From an uncultured Planctomycetia bacterium (GTDB lineage Bacteria > Omnitrophota > Gorgyraeia > Duberdicusellales > 4484-171), in NCBI GenBank assembly GCA_964489445.1, contig CAZAYU010000003.1, positions 134,715 to 198,714 on the forward strand: a stretch of DNA of 64,000 nt, written 5' to 3'. Positions 39,066-50,500 of this stretch are shown here, one piece after another (position 1 is the first letter of the stretch; each line of letters starts with the position of its first letter). The notes under the pieces are model-generated. The model saw only the letters and a program-made list of their open reading frames with translations. It did no database searches and was not told where the DNA came from. The position numbers and the translations under genes were made by a program.

Positions 39066-39183
39066 TGGGGACACGACACTTAACTATTGTTTATTTTTTT
39101 TGGCCCAGGTTTGTCACGGCGCACTAATGGGGACACGACACTTAACTATTGTTTATTTTTTTTGGCCCAGGTTTGTCACGGCG
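39060..39183. repeat. Perfect 62-bp tandem duplication (x2) at the left end of the IS200-like element
   Basis: 'cactaatggggacacgacacttaactattgtttattttttttggcccaggtttgtcacggcg' at 39060-39121 repeats exactly at 39122-39183. Confidence 0.85.
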
Positions 39184-39885
39184 GAGCTTTCTTCCGGTTA
39201 TTTCTTCAAGATTAGAGATAAAGGCATTATTGCCCAATGGTCTACCGTTTCGAAAATGTTTTCTAAAATTGTGTATGTCATTATTTTTATCTTTAGATAA
39301 AAGATACAAAGACCAGTCGTTTATTCCTGAAAGCAAAAAATTATCGTCTAATAAATGATTATGCTTTTTGTAAACATGAGAGTAAGCGCTTGACCATTTA
39401 TAATTTTCTGCTTTTTTAACCATTGTTGCCCTTACTGGATTACGCTCAATGTAGCGCATTGCTGCGAATAAGTATTCTTCAGATAGAGGGTAAGATTTGA
39501 ATCTTCCTTCCCATAAATAGCCGCGCCAATTTTGGCGGGAATTTATTGTGTAAGTGTATTTTCGGTGTGCATCGCCTAGCCCTTTGGATAAACTATTCTT
39601 TGTTTTCGGAACAACAATAAGATGAACGTGATTATCCATAAGACAATATCCCCAAATGGATATTCCTGCCGGTTTTGCGTAATCGTTTAGACAATTTAGG
39701 TATAACTGCTTGTCTTCAGGTGTAAAAAATACTTGTTGTCGGCGATTGCCTCGCTGAATAATATGGTGCGGGCATTTTGGTATAACAATCCGTGCTATTC
39801 TTGGCATAATATATGTTAACAGGAGTAAGTAAAGCAATATAGCCTTCTTAATAAATAGACGAAAGAAAGATAGTTTTTCTTTCAA
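39142..39885 (-). CDS. tnpA: IS200-like Y1 (HUH) transposase, REP-associated tyrosine transposase type (probable start at Met27, nt 39807)
   Basis: 'MPRIARIVIPKCPHHIIQRGNRRQQVFF...YCLMDNHVHLIVVP...KYTYTIN' carries the HxH motif and the catalytic Tyr region typical of RAYT/IS200 TnpA. Confidence 0.8.
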   Translation of the reverse strand: MKEKLSFFRLFIKKAILLYLLLLTYIMPRIARIVIPKCPHHIIQRGNRRQQVFFTPEDKQLYLNCLNDYAKPAGISIWGYCLMDNHVHLIVVPKTKNSLSKGLGDAHRKYTYTINSRQNWRGYLWEGRFKSYPLSEEYLFAAMRYIERNPVRATMVKKAENYKWSSAYSHVYKKHNHLLDDNFLLSGINDWSLYLLSKDKNNDIHNFRKHFRNGRPLGNNAFISNLEEITGRKLRRDKPGPKKINNS

Positions 39886-39958
39886 AATATTAAATTTTTT
39901 TGGATTTATCTATACAGATGAAGTAATTTAAGGAATGATTTGCCCAAATAATGAACAA

Positions 39959-40228
39959 TTAAGTGTCGTGTCCCCCAATTGCAAGGATGATTGCGGTTGT
40001 GCCTTCTTTGCGATAAATGCTTTTATATCCGGAGGTAATTGTAAATTCCCAGCAGTCTTTGGTGCCTTCAATCTTCCTGCGCCTTAAAAGCGGAGAAGAC
40101 TCATTTTTTAAAAGCATATCGATACACCAATAAAACCAATGAAAATTCTTCTGTATTTGAGCCGGAAGTTCTCGTTTGTTCTTGATTTTATTTCTTATCG
40201 GTTCGGTGATAATGATTCGGTTGATCAT
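39959..40228 (-). CDS. RelE/ParE-family type II toxin (tentative)
   Basis: C-terminal 'WEFTITSGYKSIYRKEGTTAIILAIGGHD' resembles the RelE/ParE 'YRIIYRI..d..vvIlrIgHRkd' core. Overlaps the upstream antitoxin-like gene by 4 nt. Confidence 0.5.
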   Translation of the reverse strand: MINRIIITEPIRNKIKNKRELPAQIQKNFHWFYWCIDMLLKNESSPLLRRRKIEGTKDCWEFTITSGYKSIYRKEGTTAIILAIGGHDT

Positions 40229-40503
40229 CCTTCAATATCCTTTCGTAGTTCTTCGGTTGAATTGTATTCAGAATATCTGTGGTCGGCTATTGCTTTTTCT
40301 GAATTGCTAATTGCTTTTTGCCATTTTGAGCTAAAAAACTGTGTTTGTTGGGTATTTACCGCTGATACCGGGGTAATAATTAGTTGATTGTTCTTTACTT
40401 CCAAGCGTAGTAAATCACCAGCGTTGATCTTTAATGCCTTTCTCATTGAAGAAGGAAGGGTAATCTGACCGTTTCTGACCACTTTTCTTATTGTTTCGAA
40501 CAT
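40225..40503 (-). CDS. AbrB/MazE/SpoVT-type antitoxin (tentative)
   Basis: N-terminal 'IRKVVRNGQITLPSSMRKALKINAGDLLRLEVKNNQLIITPV' is a swapped-hairpin AbrB-like DNA-binding domain. Confidence 0.55.
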   Translation of the reverse strand: MFETIRKVVRNGQITLPSSMRKALKINAGDLLRLEVKNNQLIITPVSAVNTQQTQFFSSKWQKAISNSEKAIADHRYSEYNSTEELRKDIEG

Positions 40504-40631
40504 TTGTGCTCCTTTTTTCAGCTGATTACGGCGATTGTGAAAAGATTGCAGCGATTACCTCATTAATCTTCTTACTTGGCAGCTTTTGTTTCCAAAATTA
40601 ATCAATAATCCTACGTTGCAGCCAGTTATTT

Positions 40632-40922
40632 TTAAGTAAGATAAAACCTGCGCTTCAAATATTTTGGCATGTAACCGGTCAAGGCTTTAACTTCCACAAT
40701 TATACTGTTTTCAATTATTAAATCTAATCTTAGAGAACCAACTTTTTGGTTAGCATACTTTATTTTATATTGTTTTTCTGTATTGTAGTTTAATCCTGCT
40801 GAAGTTAAGGCAATTTTTAAAGCATTGTGATAGATCTTTTCACTAAATCCGGGACCTAATTCAGAATGAACTTTATGCGCGCAGCCAATTATTTTCTCAG
40901 TAAGGGGGTCTCTTTTTTCCAT
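40632..40922 (-). CDS. GxxExxY family protein (PD-(D/E)xK-like)
   Basis: 'IIGCAHKVHSELGPGFSEKIYHNAL...IVEVKAL' matches the GxxExxY family signature. Confidence 0.65.
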   Translation of the reverse strand: MEKRDPLTEKIIGCAHKVHSELGPGFSEKIYHNALKIALTSAGLNYNTEKQYKIKYANQKVGSLRLDLIIENSIIVEVKALTGYMPKYLKRRFYLT

Positions 40923-40986
40923 CTTTGTAATCTTTTAAAAATCATGGTAATCATAAGAAGTATACCACAGTAGGCTAGTCAAATCA

Positions 40987-41019
40987 ATATGTAATTTACA
41001 TATTATGTAAATTACATAT
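40987..41019. promoter_or_regulatory. Two adjacent 17-bp palindromes (ATATGTAAtTTACATAT / TATGTAAaTTACATATA), a possible operator
   Basis: Perfect dyad symmetry seen directly in the sequence, ~65-100 nt upstream of the GxxExxY gene start (minus strand). Confidence 0.3.
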
Positions 41020-41205
41020 AAAACCAGGTAATAAAGCCTTAATTCTTCTAAATAGACTATTTTGCAATTTTTACTCTGGTAATACTCAAATACTCACTAA
41101 TCATCTATTTTTATTGTGGATTTTGTTCAATCAATTTTTAAATGAATAAGTATAACTACCCAAAGAGTGTTTTTTAAAAAAAAACGAAAAAAGTACCAAT
41201 TTTCC

Positions 41206-41236
41206 TTGTTTTTTTCTTCATATATATGTTATATTT
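41206..41236 (+). promoter_or_regulatory. Putative promoter, copy B (-35 TTGTTT, -10 TGTTATATT)
   Basis: Near-identical to the copy A promoter at 29781-29810. Confidence 0.5.
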
Positions 41237-41244
41237 ATATTGTA

Positions 41245-41306
41245 AAGTTCGATAAGGGCAATCCTGACTAAGTCAGGTGCGCAAAGCCACGGATCCCAAA
41301 AATAGT
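41245..41306 (+). ncRNA. c-di-GMP-I (GEMM)-like riboswitch aptamer, copy B (tentative)
   Basis: 'AAGGGCAAt-CCTGAC-taa-GTCAGG-tGCGCAAAGCCACGG' parallels the Vc2 aptamer 'CAGGGCAAA-CCAUUC-gaaa-GAGUGG-gACGCAAAGCCUCCGG'. The conserved box is shared with copy A. Confidence 0.5.
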
Positions 41307-41363
41307 GGATAACTGATTTATCATAGTCTGAGGCTACGATAAACCGATATTGCTCAAGGGAAA

Positions 41364-41414
41364 GCCGGGCTGCCGAAACTTTGAAAATAGAGTTTTGACA
41401 GTCCGGTTTTTTTT
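41364..41414 (+). terminator. Intrinsic terminator / expression-platform hairpin upstream of the giant gene
   Basis: 'CCGGGCTG...CAGTCCGG' stem with an internal hairpin, followed by TTTTTTTT. Same stem sequence as the copy A terminator. Confidence 0.55.
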
Positions 41415-41530
41415 AAATAGCCGACAGGACACATTATGAGAAATAAAAAGATGAAAATGAATATATTGGGGAATTTGTGTTATTTATATAGTATATATAC
41501 ATTTAATTTTTTTTTAACTATACAAGATAA

Positions 41531-44500
41531 ATGAGCATAGAACAGAAACATACTGGCGTATTTAATGAAGCTCAAAAGGAAAGGGCAAAGCCTTGGATTA
41601 GAACAATTGCGTTGTTGGTTGTCTTTGCTTTTTTGCATCAGAATATTGTTTTAGGGTTTACCGGAAATAATTTTTTCTTTCAATCTCAAATAATGCCTCA
41701 AGGGCCCAAGGCAGTATTAGATATTTCTTCTTCTTTCTTGCAGGAAGAAGCTCCGGAAGCAGTAAGGAATATCCTTAATGCAGTATCTTCAAATCCTGGA
41801 ATCAGCAAGATTAAATTTCCTTCCGGCAAAATCTTAGATGTTAACAATAAGCTAAATTTAACGCCGCAGGGCATAGATCAAATTTATACGTTACTTAAAG
41901 AGAAACCCTGTGGAACAGAAGCGCTTTATGATTACTTGAGAAATTACGGATTAAGCAATTCGCAGACTGAAGTCGCCAGCATTCTTTTTTCTATTGATGT
42001 TCTAGAAAATTCCGAAAATTTAAGAATAGATCCGCAATCTCTACAAAATTCATTATATAGTCTTGTTCATGGTGCAGAATTTTTTGGGTACCAGCTAACA
42101 CCGATAGAGCTCAAAAAACCCTTTCCGGTGTTTATTCTGCAGGAGTTTACTCCGTTTATCGCCCATTTCAAGATTGGACATTATGTAGTAGTTAGAAAGA
42201 TCGAAGATGGAAAAGTTTTTTGTATTGATAACGGAATGCCGGCGGAATATAGTTTAAAGAAATTTTTACAGGATTTTAGCGGATATGCCGCAGTAGCTAA
42301 TTTTAAACCTTTTAGTTTTGTGAAAAAGGTTTCTTTAGATAAGGCTAAAGTGATTAAAGGTTCGCGTCAAGGAACTAATTTAAGAAATTGGTCGCAGTTA
42401 GCGAATTTAGATAAAATCAGACAGCAGGTTGATGATTTTCGCAGTGATGCTCAAAGTAAAATCTTAAAAAGTATGGCTATCCAAGCGGGGATTTCTGTTG
42501 TTGGCAGTTTTGCTTCCGGATTTATTAAAGGGGCTGCCGGAACAGTTCCTAAAGGGGCAACAGTTGCAACTGATTTAACTACCGGAGGTAACTATCTTGT
42601 AGAGGGAAGTGTTGGAGCGAGAACATTTACAGAAGTAGGTAGTTTTTCACACATGGTAAACTCTGGTTGGACTAATATGGCTAGTTCATTTTCTAGTGTT
42701 GGTAGCGGGATGGTGATGGGTTTGTCCGGATCAGCCTTATGTACCGGAATTTCCGGAATCGGTCGAGCATATGACTGGGATAGAGGCACAACGAGGATAG
42801 TTTCTGCTCTTTCGATGGGCGCACTATACGGTGGGTTACAAGGGTTTTCTGGCGGCGGACAATATGGAATGTTTGGTGCGACTGTGGATGCTGGTTGGAC
42901 CGGAGCCTTAAAAGGAGCTGCAGCCGGAGTAGGATATAATTTAGTAAGAGTTCCGGTGGGTGATTATTTAGCCGAAAGATTTGGTGAAAATTGGGATACA
43001 GTAGGTTATGCGATTGGCGGTATTGCCGGAGATTTAGCGGCTAGCAGCATAATGTCCGGATTAAACGGTGATTTTACTTTAGGCGGTAAAATAGAAGTGG
43101 ACCCAAATAAAGGTTATGGTTTGGGCGATCATTTGTATGGTCAGATAGGCAGTTGGACAGAAGATTTAGTGACTGCGGGAATGCAGGGCTTGGCTAATGA
43201 ACTCGATTTAGGGAATACTTGGGAGGCAATGTTTTCATTTTCCGGCGGCTTTAGCCGAGGGTTAGTGGATAGCCAATTGAATAAGCAAACTAGCTGGCAT
43301 GATGGCTTAATGTCTGGATTAGAAAAGGGTGTCTATTCAATGGGGGTAAGTTACTTTGAAAATTGGATGGAAGATAATATTGGCGGGGCGTTAGGAGATT
43401 GGGTTAAAGACTCAACCATGAATCGGAATATGCTGGCTAATTTAGCTACCGGGACTTTAGCCGGCGGGTTTTATGGTTTAGCCAGCGACAATGATTGGAA
43501 TATTCCGGGGATGACTCAAGAAAACAAGAATTTAGGCTGGTGGAACATTGCGACAATTCCGTTAGATAGTGTTGTAGAAGCCAATCAGGCGATGTTTAGT
43601 TTTGGTAAAAGCCGGTTGGATAGTGGTCAGATAAGTTTTTCTAAATATCTTCAGAATCTTACTGACGTGTTTATTCCCAAATATGACTGGCAAATTAGCC
43701 GGGAAGTGCGCAGCCAACTTAAAAACTACGATTATGATAAAAAGTTAGAACTAGCCAATAATTTCAATCAGAAGGGCTCTCTTTATGAGGGTAAAATATT
43801 TAATTCCGACGGCTCAATTAATAATAAAGCCTTATCTGATGCGTATGGTAATTTTATGGTTGATCAGTCTTTGTATCCGGACATGATGGAGAATTTCCTT
43901 CAGGCGATGGACAGTATGGGCGCTCAGTATCACCACTGGAATGCAGTAGCTAATTTACAGAAGTTTGCCAGTCCTATTGTTCAACAGTCTATAAGCAGCC
44001 TGACTAAGTACAATGCGATGGATGGTAATTTAGGGATAGTAACAAATCAAGCAATAGAAGATCTAAAGGGAAGAGATGTTTTTCAGAGTAGGACTACAGT
44101 CAATGGGCATCAGGGATTTAAATATGAAGAAAGGGAGTACGATGAATACGGTGAATACGAGATGTATATTGAATCTAAGCAAACGAGCAATCCTTACAAA
44201 GAAGGTTCTAACTTAGCAGGAATGCTAGAACGATATAAGGATTTAGATTCCGGGACAGAATCTAAAGACATCCGCTATGAAGATGGATTTGTTTTCTATC
44301 GTTTGGGAGAAGCTTATATTGACGATAAAACTATGGACTTTGTATTCATAAACACAAATCATGAACAAAGAAATTTTAATTTCAATAGTATCGAAAGTTT
44401 CATCGGGCCCGTAGATAAATTGTTAAAAGCAGGGCACTCGGCAAATAGTATTACATCTTTAAAGAGTTTCGGGATTGATTACGTAGCGATTTCTATTTTC

Positions 44501-47500
44501 AGTAATCTTAAAAGTGCCACTAAATTTTACGGGATGAAAGATGTTGACTGGTGGTTTGACGAAATCATGGCTGTGGGTGAAAAAAAACTAGGAGAATATC
44601 ATTACGGAAATAATTCAATAAAAGGTAATTTTTGGCAGACCGCAGACCAAAAAGGAAAATTAATCAGTTTTCTTTCAGCTGATGCCAAAATGTATGATGG
44701 CGCAAATAACCAAATTGGTCATGCTTTAGCCGGAGTAGCCCGGGCCGGAATGCCGCAATTAATTTTATTCAATCAGGAAAAATACAATCTTTCATTGTCT
44801 AGCTCTTCAAACGGATTATCCCGCCAGATTCCTGTTCAAGGGCTGATGCATGTAGCCGAAATAAATAATGATTTAAGTGTTCAGAAAGGTTCATTTATTT
44901 CTTTTGATGTTAATTCAGTTAAACAAAAAGACGGGAAAATAAAAAATGAACTTAATCCGGCTATTCCCAGTGATTTTTTAAGCCGGCTAAGCAACAAAGA
45001 TTTAGGCATTGAGTCTTTAAAGATCAATGAATTTGGCCGACATGATTGGGGAAATACATTTTATACTGAAGGCCGGTATCAATTAAAATATGCGGATAAA
45101 GATGTGCAGATAACTCCGCGTTATACTGGATTTGGGGAAGTTGGAGATACCATTAAAATAGGGGATAAAGAAATTAAATTTCCGGTTTCTACTGCTTATG
45201 AAGTTCGGGTTGAATACAATAAAGGAATAACTTTTAAAGATATAGATAGGGGAAAGAAACAGATAGATATTTTTTCTATTGATTCCGACAATACAGATAT
45301 TGCCGCTAGTGTAGCGGCGAGGTATAGCGCGCCCTGGATTAGTGAAGTTTTAAACATAAAGAAAGCTGAGCCGGTATTTAGGCCGTTAGCTCCGAATGTA
45401 GACATAAAAGTGTTTACTTCGTCAGAAGAGTCCGGTGAAAATATCGCTGAAAATTTTTCTTTGGTTAAATCCGGGTTTGGCTTAGATGGAGTAAATATAA
45501 ACGGCAATATAAAGAAGAGATTAAGCGGTGTGCTTACTGGTGCGCGGGATTTGGTTCCGGAAAAAGTAGATGCCAGTTTTTACGGCAATGAACTTAAGCT
45601 TGATGAACAAGCAAAGACGAAGTTACCTTCGCAAAATTATCATCCGTATGCTTTTAAGTCAGAGAATTCTCCGATTACTGTAGGCAATCACCTGATACGT
45701 TATGCGGACGCTCGAAGTTCATGGGATATGTCTGTAGATAATAGCGGAAACTTTAGCAGTAATGTAAAATTAAGAATAGGTGGAAAAGTTGTTGTTAATA
45801 ATCGGATAAAATCTTTGTCTACTCAGAATAGAAGGATAGAAGCATTGCAAGGAACTGATAAAGTTTGGGCAGTGTATAATAGCGGATTATTTCCGGATAT
45901 GGCAGGAGTTATTAATGTAGGTAAAGGAGAAACAATTAATATGGTGACTTCTCCAAAAATTCCCACATTCAATAATCCGAAAGAAAAAGAAGCATTAACC
46001 GAAGTACCCAAAGATTTATTAGGAAATCAGATAAAAATTTTGAAGCCGGATAACAAGCCGGCAGCAAATCAGTATGAATTAATCCAAGAGCGGTTTGATA
46101 ACAATAAGGACATAATGAATGTCCTTAATGAAGGTACCCATGGAAGTCTTCGGGGTGTTTCTCGTGATGAACGCAGTGCGGTGAATGAATTTGGAGATGG
46201 CGCCTATGTTTTTTATACTGATTCTTCCGGTGTCAGTGGATATACTTATAACAGCATTTTCGATATACAAGGAGACCGGCCGGCTTATCCGCATAATTAT
46301 TATTTCGGATACAAAGATGCTCGGGTAATTACCCGCCAAGGGTCTTCTCGAGTAGAGTTTTTACCGAAGTTTCAAAATGCAGTAAAAAGTGCGTATCAAA
46401 AAAATAAAAATACTTGGAAGCCCGCTGTTTATTGGCAAATGGTCCAAGATGAGTCAACGATTCTAAACAATAACAACATTAAGCTTTCAGGTCAGAAAGA
46501 AGAGGTAAAAATTCCGGTTTCTTTAGTGCATCAGGGGGCATTATTGCATATAGATGGGCGATTAGCGGCGGTAAAAAAAGATTTTTATCAGTTACCCACA
46601 GCCTTAGCCGAAAAATCAGAAGATAAGCAGTTCTACGGAGACACCGCGCAAGGATTATTTATCTCCGGCTGGACTCCCCAATCGGTATTAAAAGATGTTT
46701 TAAACGTTAAATCGCAACATAAGTCTAGCGAACAAACAGGTAAGAATGACATAGTCAAATTGAAGCAAACTGAAAAACAGCTTAGAACAGATGCAAATAT
46801 GATTTCATTTTCTTCGGAAACAGACAAGCAGAAGATTGAAATGGCACTTCAAAATTTTTCCCGCCAGCATTTTTCCGGAGATGTTCACGCGGTTATTGAA
46901 GGCAGTGTAGACACTTCCCAAGGTAATGTAGTAAATCTTTCTACTTCTTATCTTCTTTTAGGGAGTTTTAACAATAAAGAACGGGAATTGGTTATTCGGA
47001 ATCAAAAACCAGAATCTTCTCATTTAATTCCGTTTCAAGCCGGAGTTCCCAAAGGTCTAAAGGCTACATTTACTCCGGAAAAATATGAAAATGATGTGCT
47101 AAATAAAACATTAACTTACAGCGGAAAAGGAAACCTTCCGTTTGCTGTATTTCAATCTACCCCTCAAGGGTTTGCCGGCGGGTTTTTTAAGGTCGGCCGG
47201 TTTGGTGAAGTAACAGAAGAGCTATTAGTCCCATCTCAAGGTTTGGAAGCCTTGTCGATAAACACCAGTGATTTAAAAAAACTACCTGCTTATTATTCGA
47301 ATGTCTTATCCAGGGCTAAGGCTGCAGATAATAATGCGATAGCAAAGGGAGTACTTCCGTTAGCTGTTTCTTTTGGGGCAAAAGACAGAGTAAGCGTGGT
47401 TTTAGGTATGATTAATGGGAAAAAACCGGGTGAAACTTTCGCTGTTTTGTATAGGGGGCAATGGGGCGGTGATAATAATTTATATGGTGTCGGGTTTGTC

Positions 47501-50500
47501 AGCACCAAGAAAAATGGATTAATTTTAGATCGGGCGATACAGGATTCTGACAAACAATATGTCGGAAAAACAGAGATTGATGCCTTATATTTAGGTATGA
47601 AGGGGTATGGAACCGGCGGAACCGATAATTTTGGAATGAAAGCCGATATAAACCGCTCTCAAGTTTGGGGCCGAATTTCCGGTTACAGCAAGCAGAAAAA
47701 ACTAATAAAAGAGGCGGCAACGCCTAAATTAAAGATACACGATAATAATTTAGTGGAAATTAATTTTGGGCTCCAAAAGAGTATTCTTTTTGACCGGGAT
47801 AAAGCAGAATTTCCTGTTTCCCGGTTAAATAGCATTGCCCAGAATTTAGGGATAAAATTAAGCGGATTAGAAACTAAAGACTCACTTATTCGGAAAATTC
47901 AAGGAAAGCTTAAAATTACCGTTGACGGAGTAATCGGGCAAAATACTAAGCAGGCCATTTCCAAGGCTTTATCTTCGGGAAACTCTAATTTTTCCCAGCA
48001 AATTAAGCAGGCTTCTTCTACCGGACGCTCAATTTTAAATTTGGATGCCCAGGATGATCAAGAATATGGGCTATTACTAAAGGATTCCAATTTAACAATG
48101 TTTTTAAATCCGCTGACTGCCAGCGGACAGCCTAATGTCAATTTTGAGGATAAACTTTGTGTTTATGACAATGCGGTTTGGAATATTATTGATGCCGGGC
48201 AGATGGAAAAAAGTAAAGGCGAGATAGTTAAGTTTAAGCCGAGTAACCGTTCAGAATGGACAACAGTCCTTGAAGGGATCAAGCCCGGACATCTTTCTCC
48301 GGATAAGATTAAAAACAGTACTTTTCAGATTGCCAACCGTTTGAGAGCCGGTAAAGGAAAAGTATTTTTTGATGTAAATGGAGGAGTTAGTTTTGGCGCA
48401 GATACTACCTATTCTTTGACTATGGACATCAATAAGCGAAATATTGCTCAAACTCGTCCGTTAGGGATTGTTAATGATGGGTTGCTGGCGTTAATTTTAG
48501 AAGCGGAAGAAATGATTTCGGGAAAAGATTATGATCCGAGTACGCAAAAATGGCTTAAAGGTGCCAGGGAGAAAGGATTGGCTCAATTCAAGAATCAACA
48601 TAAAACTGAAATTTCTCTGCTTTCTGGGAAAATCCAGAATAAAGAAAAAATATCCGCAAAAGAGGCGCAAGCAATAGCTACTCAAGAGATTTTAAAAAGA
48701 GCCGGTGCTTCGCACGAAGACTTAAAAAATTTGGTATATCAGGTAGGAGCGGCTGCGCACACAGGCGATATTGCCGTGGGAAAAACATCCGCAGGAATTA
48801 CCCCACTTTTGGATAAAGAGAATATCAATCCGGCGATAATCAATGGTATAGAATTTTCAGTTATTGACCGGGGTAAGGTTTGGTTAAGCCGTCTTTTTGA
48901 ATCTGACGGTAATCAAGGGATAAAGGCATCGGCTCAACCGGTAGAGATAGCCAGTTTTGATATCGGAGATGTAATAAAGTGGCACGGAACTGAAAAGATT
49001 TCTAAGCAGAGAGTATTTACATTTTCTGCCGGAAAAGATGATGTCTTCCTATCTTTTGCTCAGAAGAAATTTAAACCGGAGCAAACAAAAAAAACCCAAC
49101 CGAGCTTAAAAGTAACTGCTAGATTAAAAGGAGCTAATTCAAAAGATACTACTGGGCAAAAAATTAAAAAACCAAATCCAGCGGCAGATGATGACGGTAT
49201 TTCGTTTGTGCGAGAAGCAAGCGCCTCTATATCTCCTAATGCCGTAAGTACCTCAACTCCTGTTGGTGAACAACAACAGGAAATAGATAATTTAAAAAAT
49301 AAGAAAAAAGTTATTGAGGGTCAACTTGCGTATTTGCAGAGTCAAAAATCTGAGGCACCTATTGATAGATATAATAATCAAGGGCCTTCTTACAAGGAAA
49401 TGAATAACCGGGAAAATGAATTAAAGGCCGAGCGACAAAAGATTCAAACTCAGATAAAAGAATTAGATGCTGCCGAACAACCTGTGGCTGTGGCAGAAGC
49501 GAATCCTTCTGTAAATTCAGCAAACAGCAGTGCAAGTCCATCGTTATCTTCTAAGGCCGAAGCATTACCGGTTGCAAAAACTAAAACAAACAATACAGGA
49601 TTATCTTTGATCTCTCCAGTAGATGCTTCTACGCCAGTTGTTGCAACAGAAACCACAACTTCGGATTTACCAGTAACAGCGAAAGATGATACAGGATTGT
49701 CTTTAATCCCTGCAGCAAGCGCTTCTATTCCTCCTATAGTAAAAGGTGGTGCAAGTAGATCTTTAAATGCAGAGGACAATAAACCAGCACGGCTTTTGCC
49801 GGGAGTAGAAAAATGGCTAGCAAGTGATGGTGTAGTAGAAATTGAAAAGCGCAAAGTAACAATACAGCCAAATAAAGAGAGTGTGTCGGCAACGACGAAT
49901 AAAAAAGGATCAACAATTAGTATGAGCGCTCTAATTAATGATGCCGTTAATGAGCGTCTTGCCATTGGTGATAAAAAAGTAGAAAGTGAAAAACATGAAG
50001 AAGCAGTATCACCAGTTAATACTACAGTTATTTCAACCACAGTTACTCCGGTGTCGGAAGAAGAAGTATATAAAGAAGGATATGTTGGAAGGGCAAAAGG
50101 ATTTATTTCCAGTCTTTTTTCTGGTAGCAATGAATCTCAACCACAAGTAGTAAAAGAACCATACGAAAGTATGCATGATGCGGTTAATAGAGTGATGGAA
50201 GAAGACACAGCAGGATTATCTAAAGAACCACCAGCTTCAGTTGCAATTGAAAAACCAAAATTAGCGGCACCGGTTGTAACAACTAAAACAGATCCGGTGG
50301 ACAACAATGCAGGCTTCTCTTTAGTCCCTCCAGCAGATGCTTCTATTCCTCCTTCTGTAGTTACAGGAGAAGATAGAGTAAACAATAATGGACAAACAAG
50401 GCGCATTGATGATCCGAATAGCTGGAAAAATAGTGGCACAGTAGGAATTAAAAAGCGCGAAGTAACGATAAAACCGAACACAGAGATTACGTCGGCAACG

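Larger units (their letters stand above)
39060..39980 (-). mobile_element. IS200/IS605-family (RAYT/TnpA-REP-like) element bounded by inverted repeats
   Basis: Left 'GGGGACACGACACTTA' (39067-39082, repeated at 39129-39144). Right, its reverse complement 'TAAGTGTCGTGTCCCC' (39960-39975). It encloses a Y1 transposase gene. Confidence 0.6.

Noticed and set aside
39060-39183. Possibility that the 62-bp direct repeats (and the 75-bp repeats at 63467-63691) are a CRISPR array
   Set aside because: Only 2-3 copies, directly abutting with no spacers. One set lies in-frame inside a coding sequence and the other forms the end of an IS200-like element.
39004-39300. 98-aa plus-strand ORF spanning the tadC end and the 62-bp tandem repeat
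   Set aside because: It reads through the IS terminal repeats and overlaps the transposase gene on the other strand, so it is not an independent gene.
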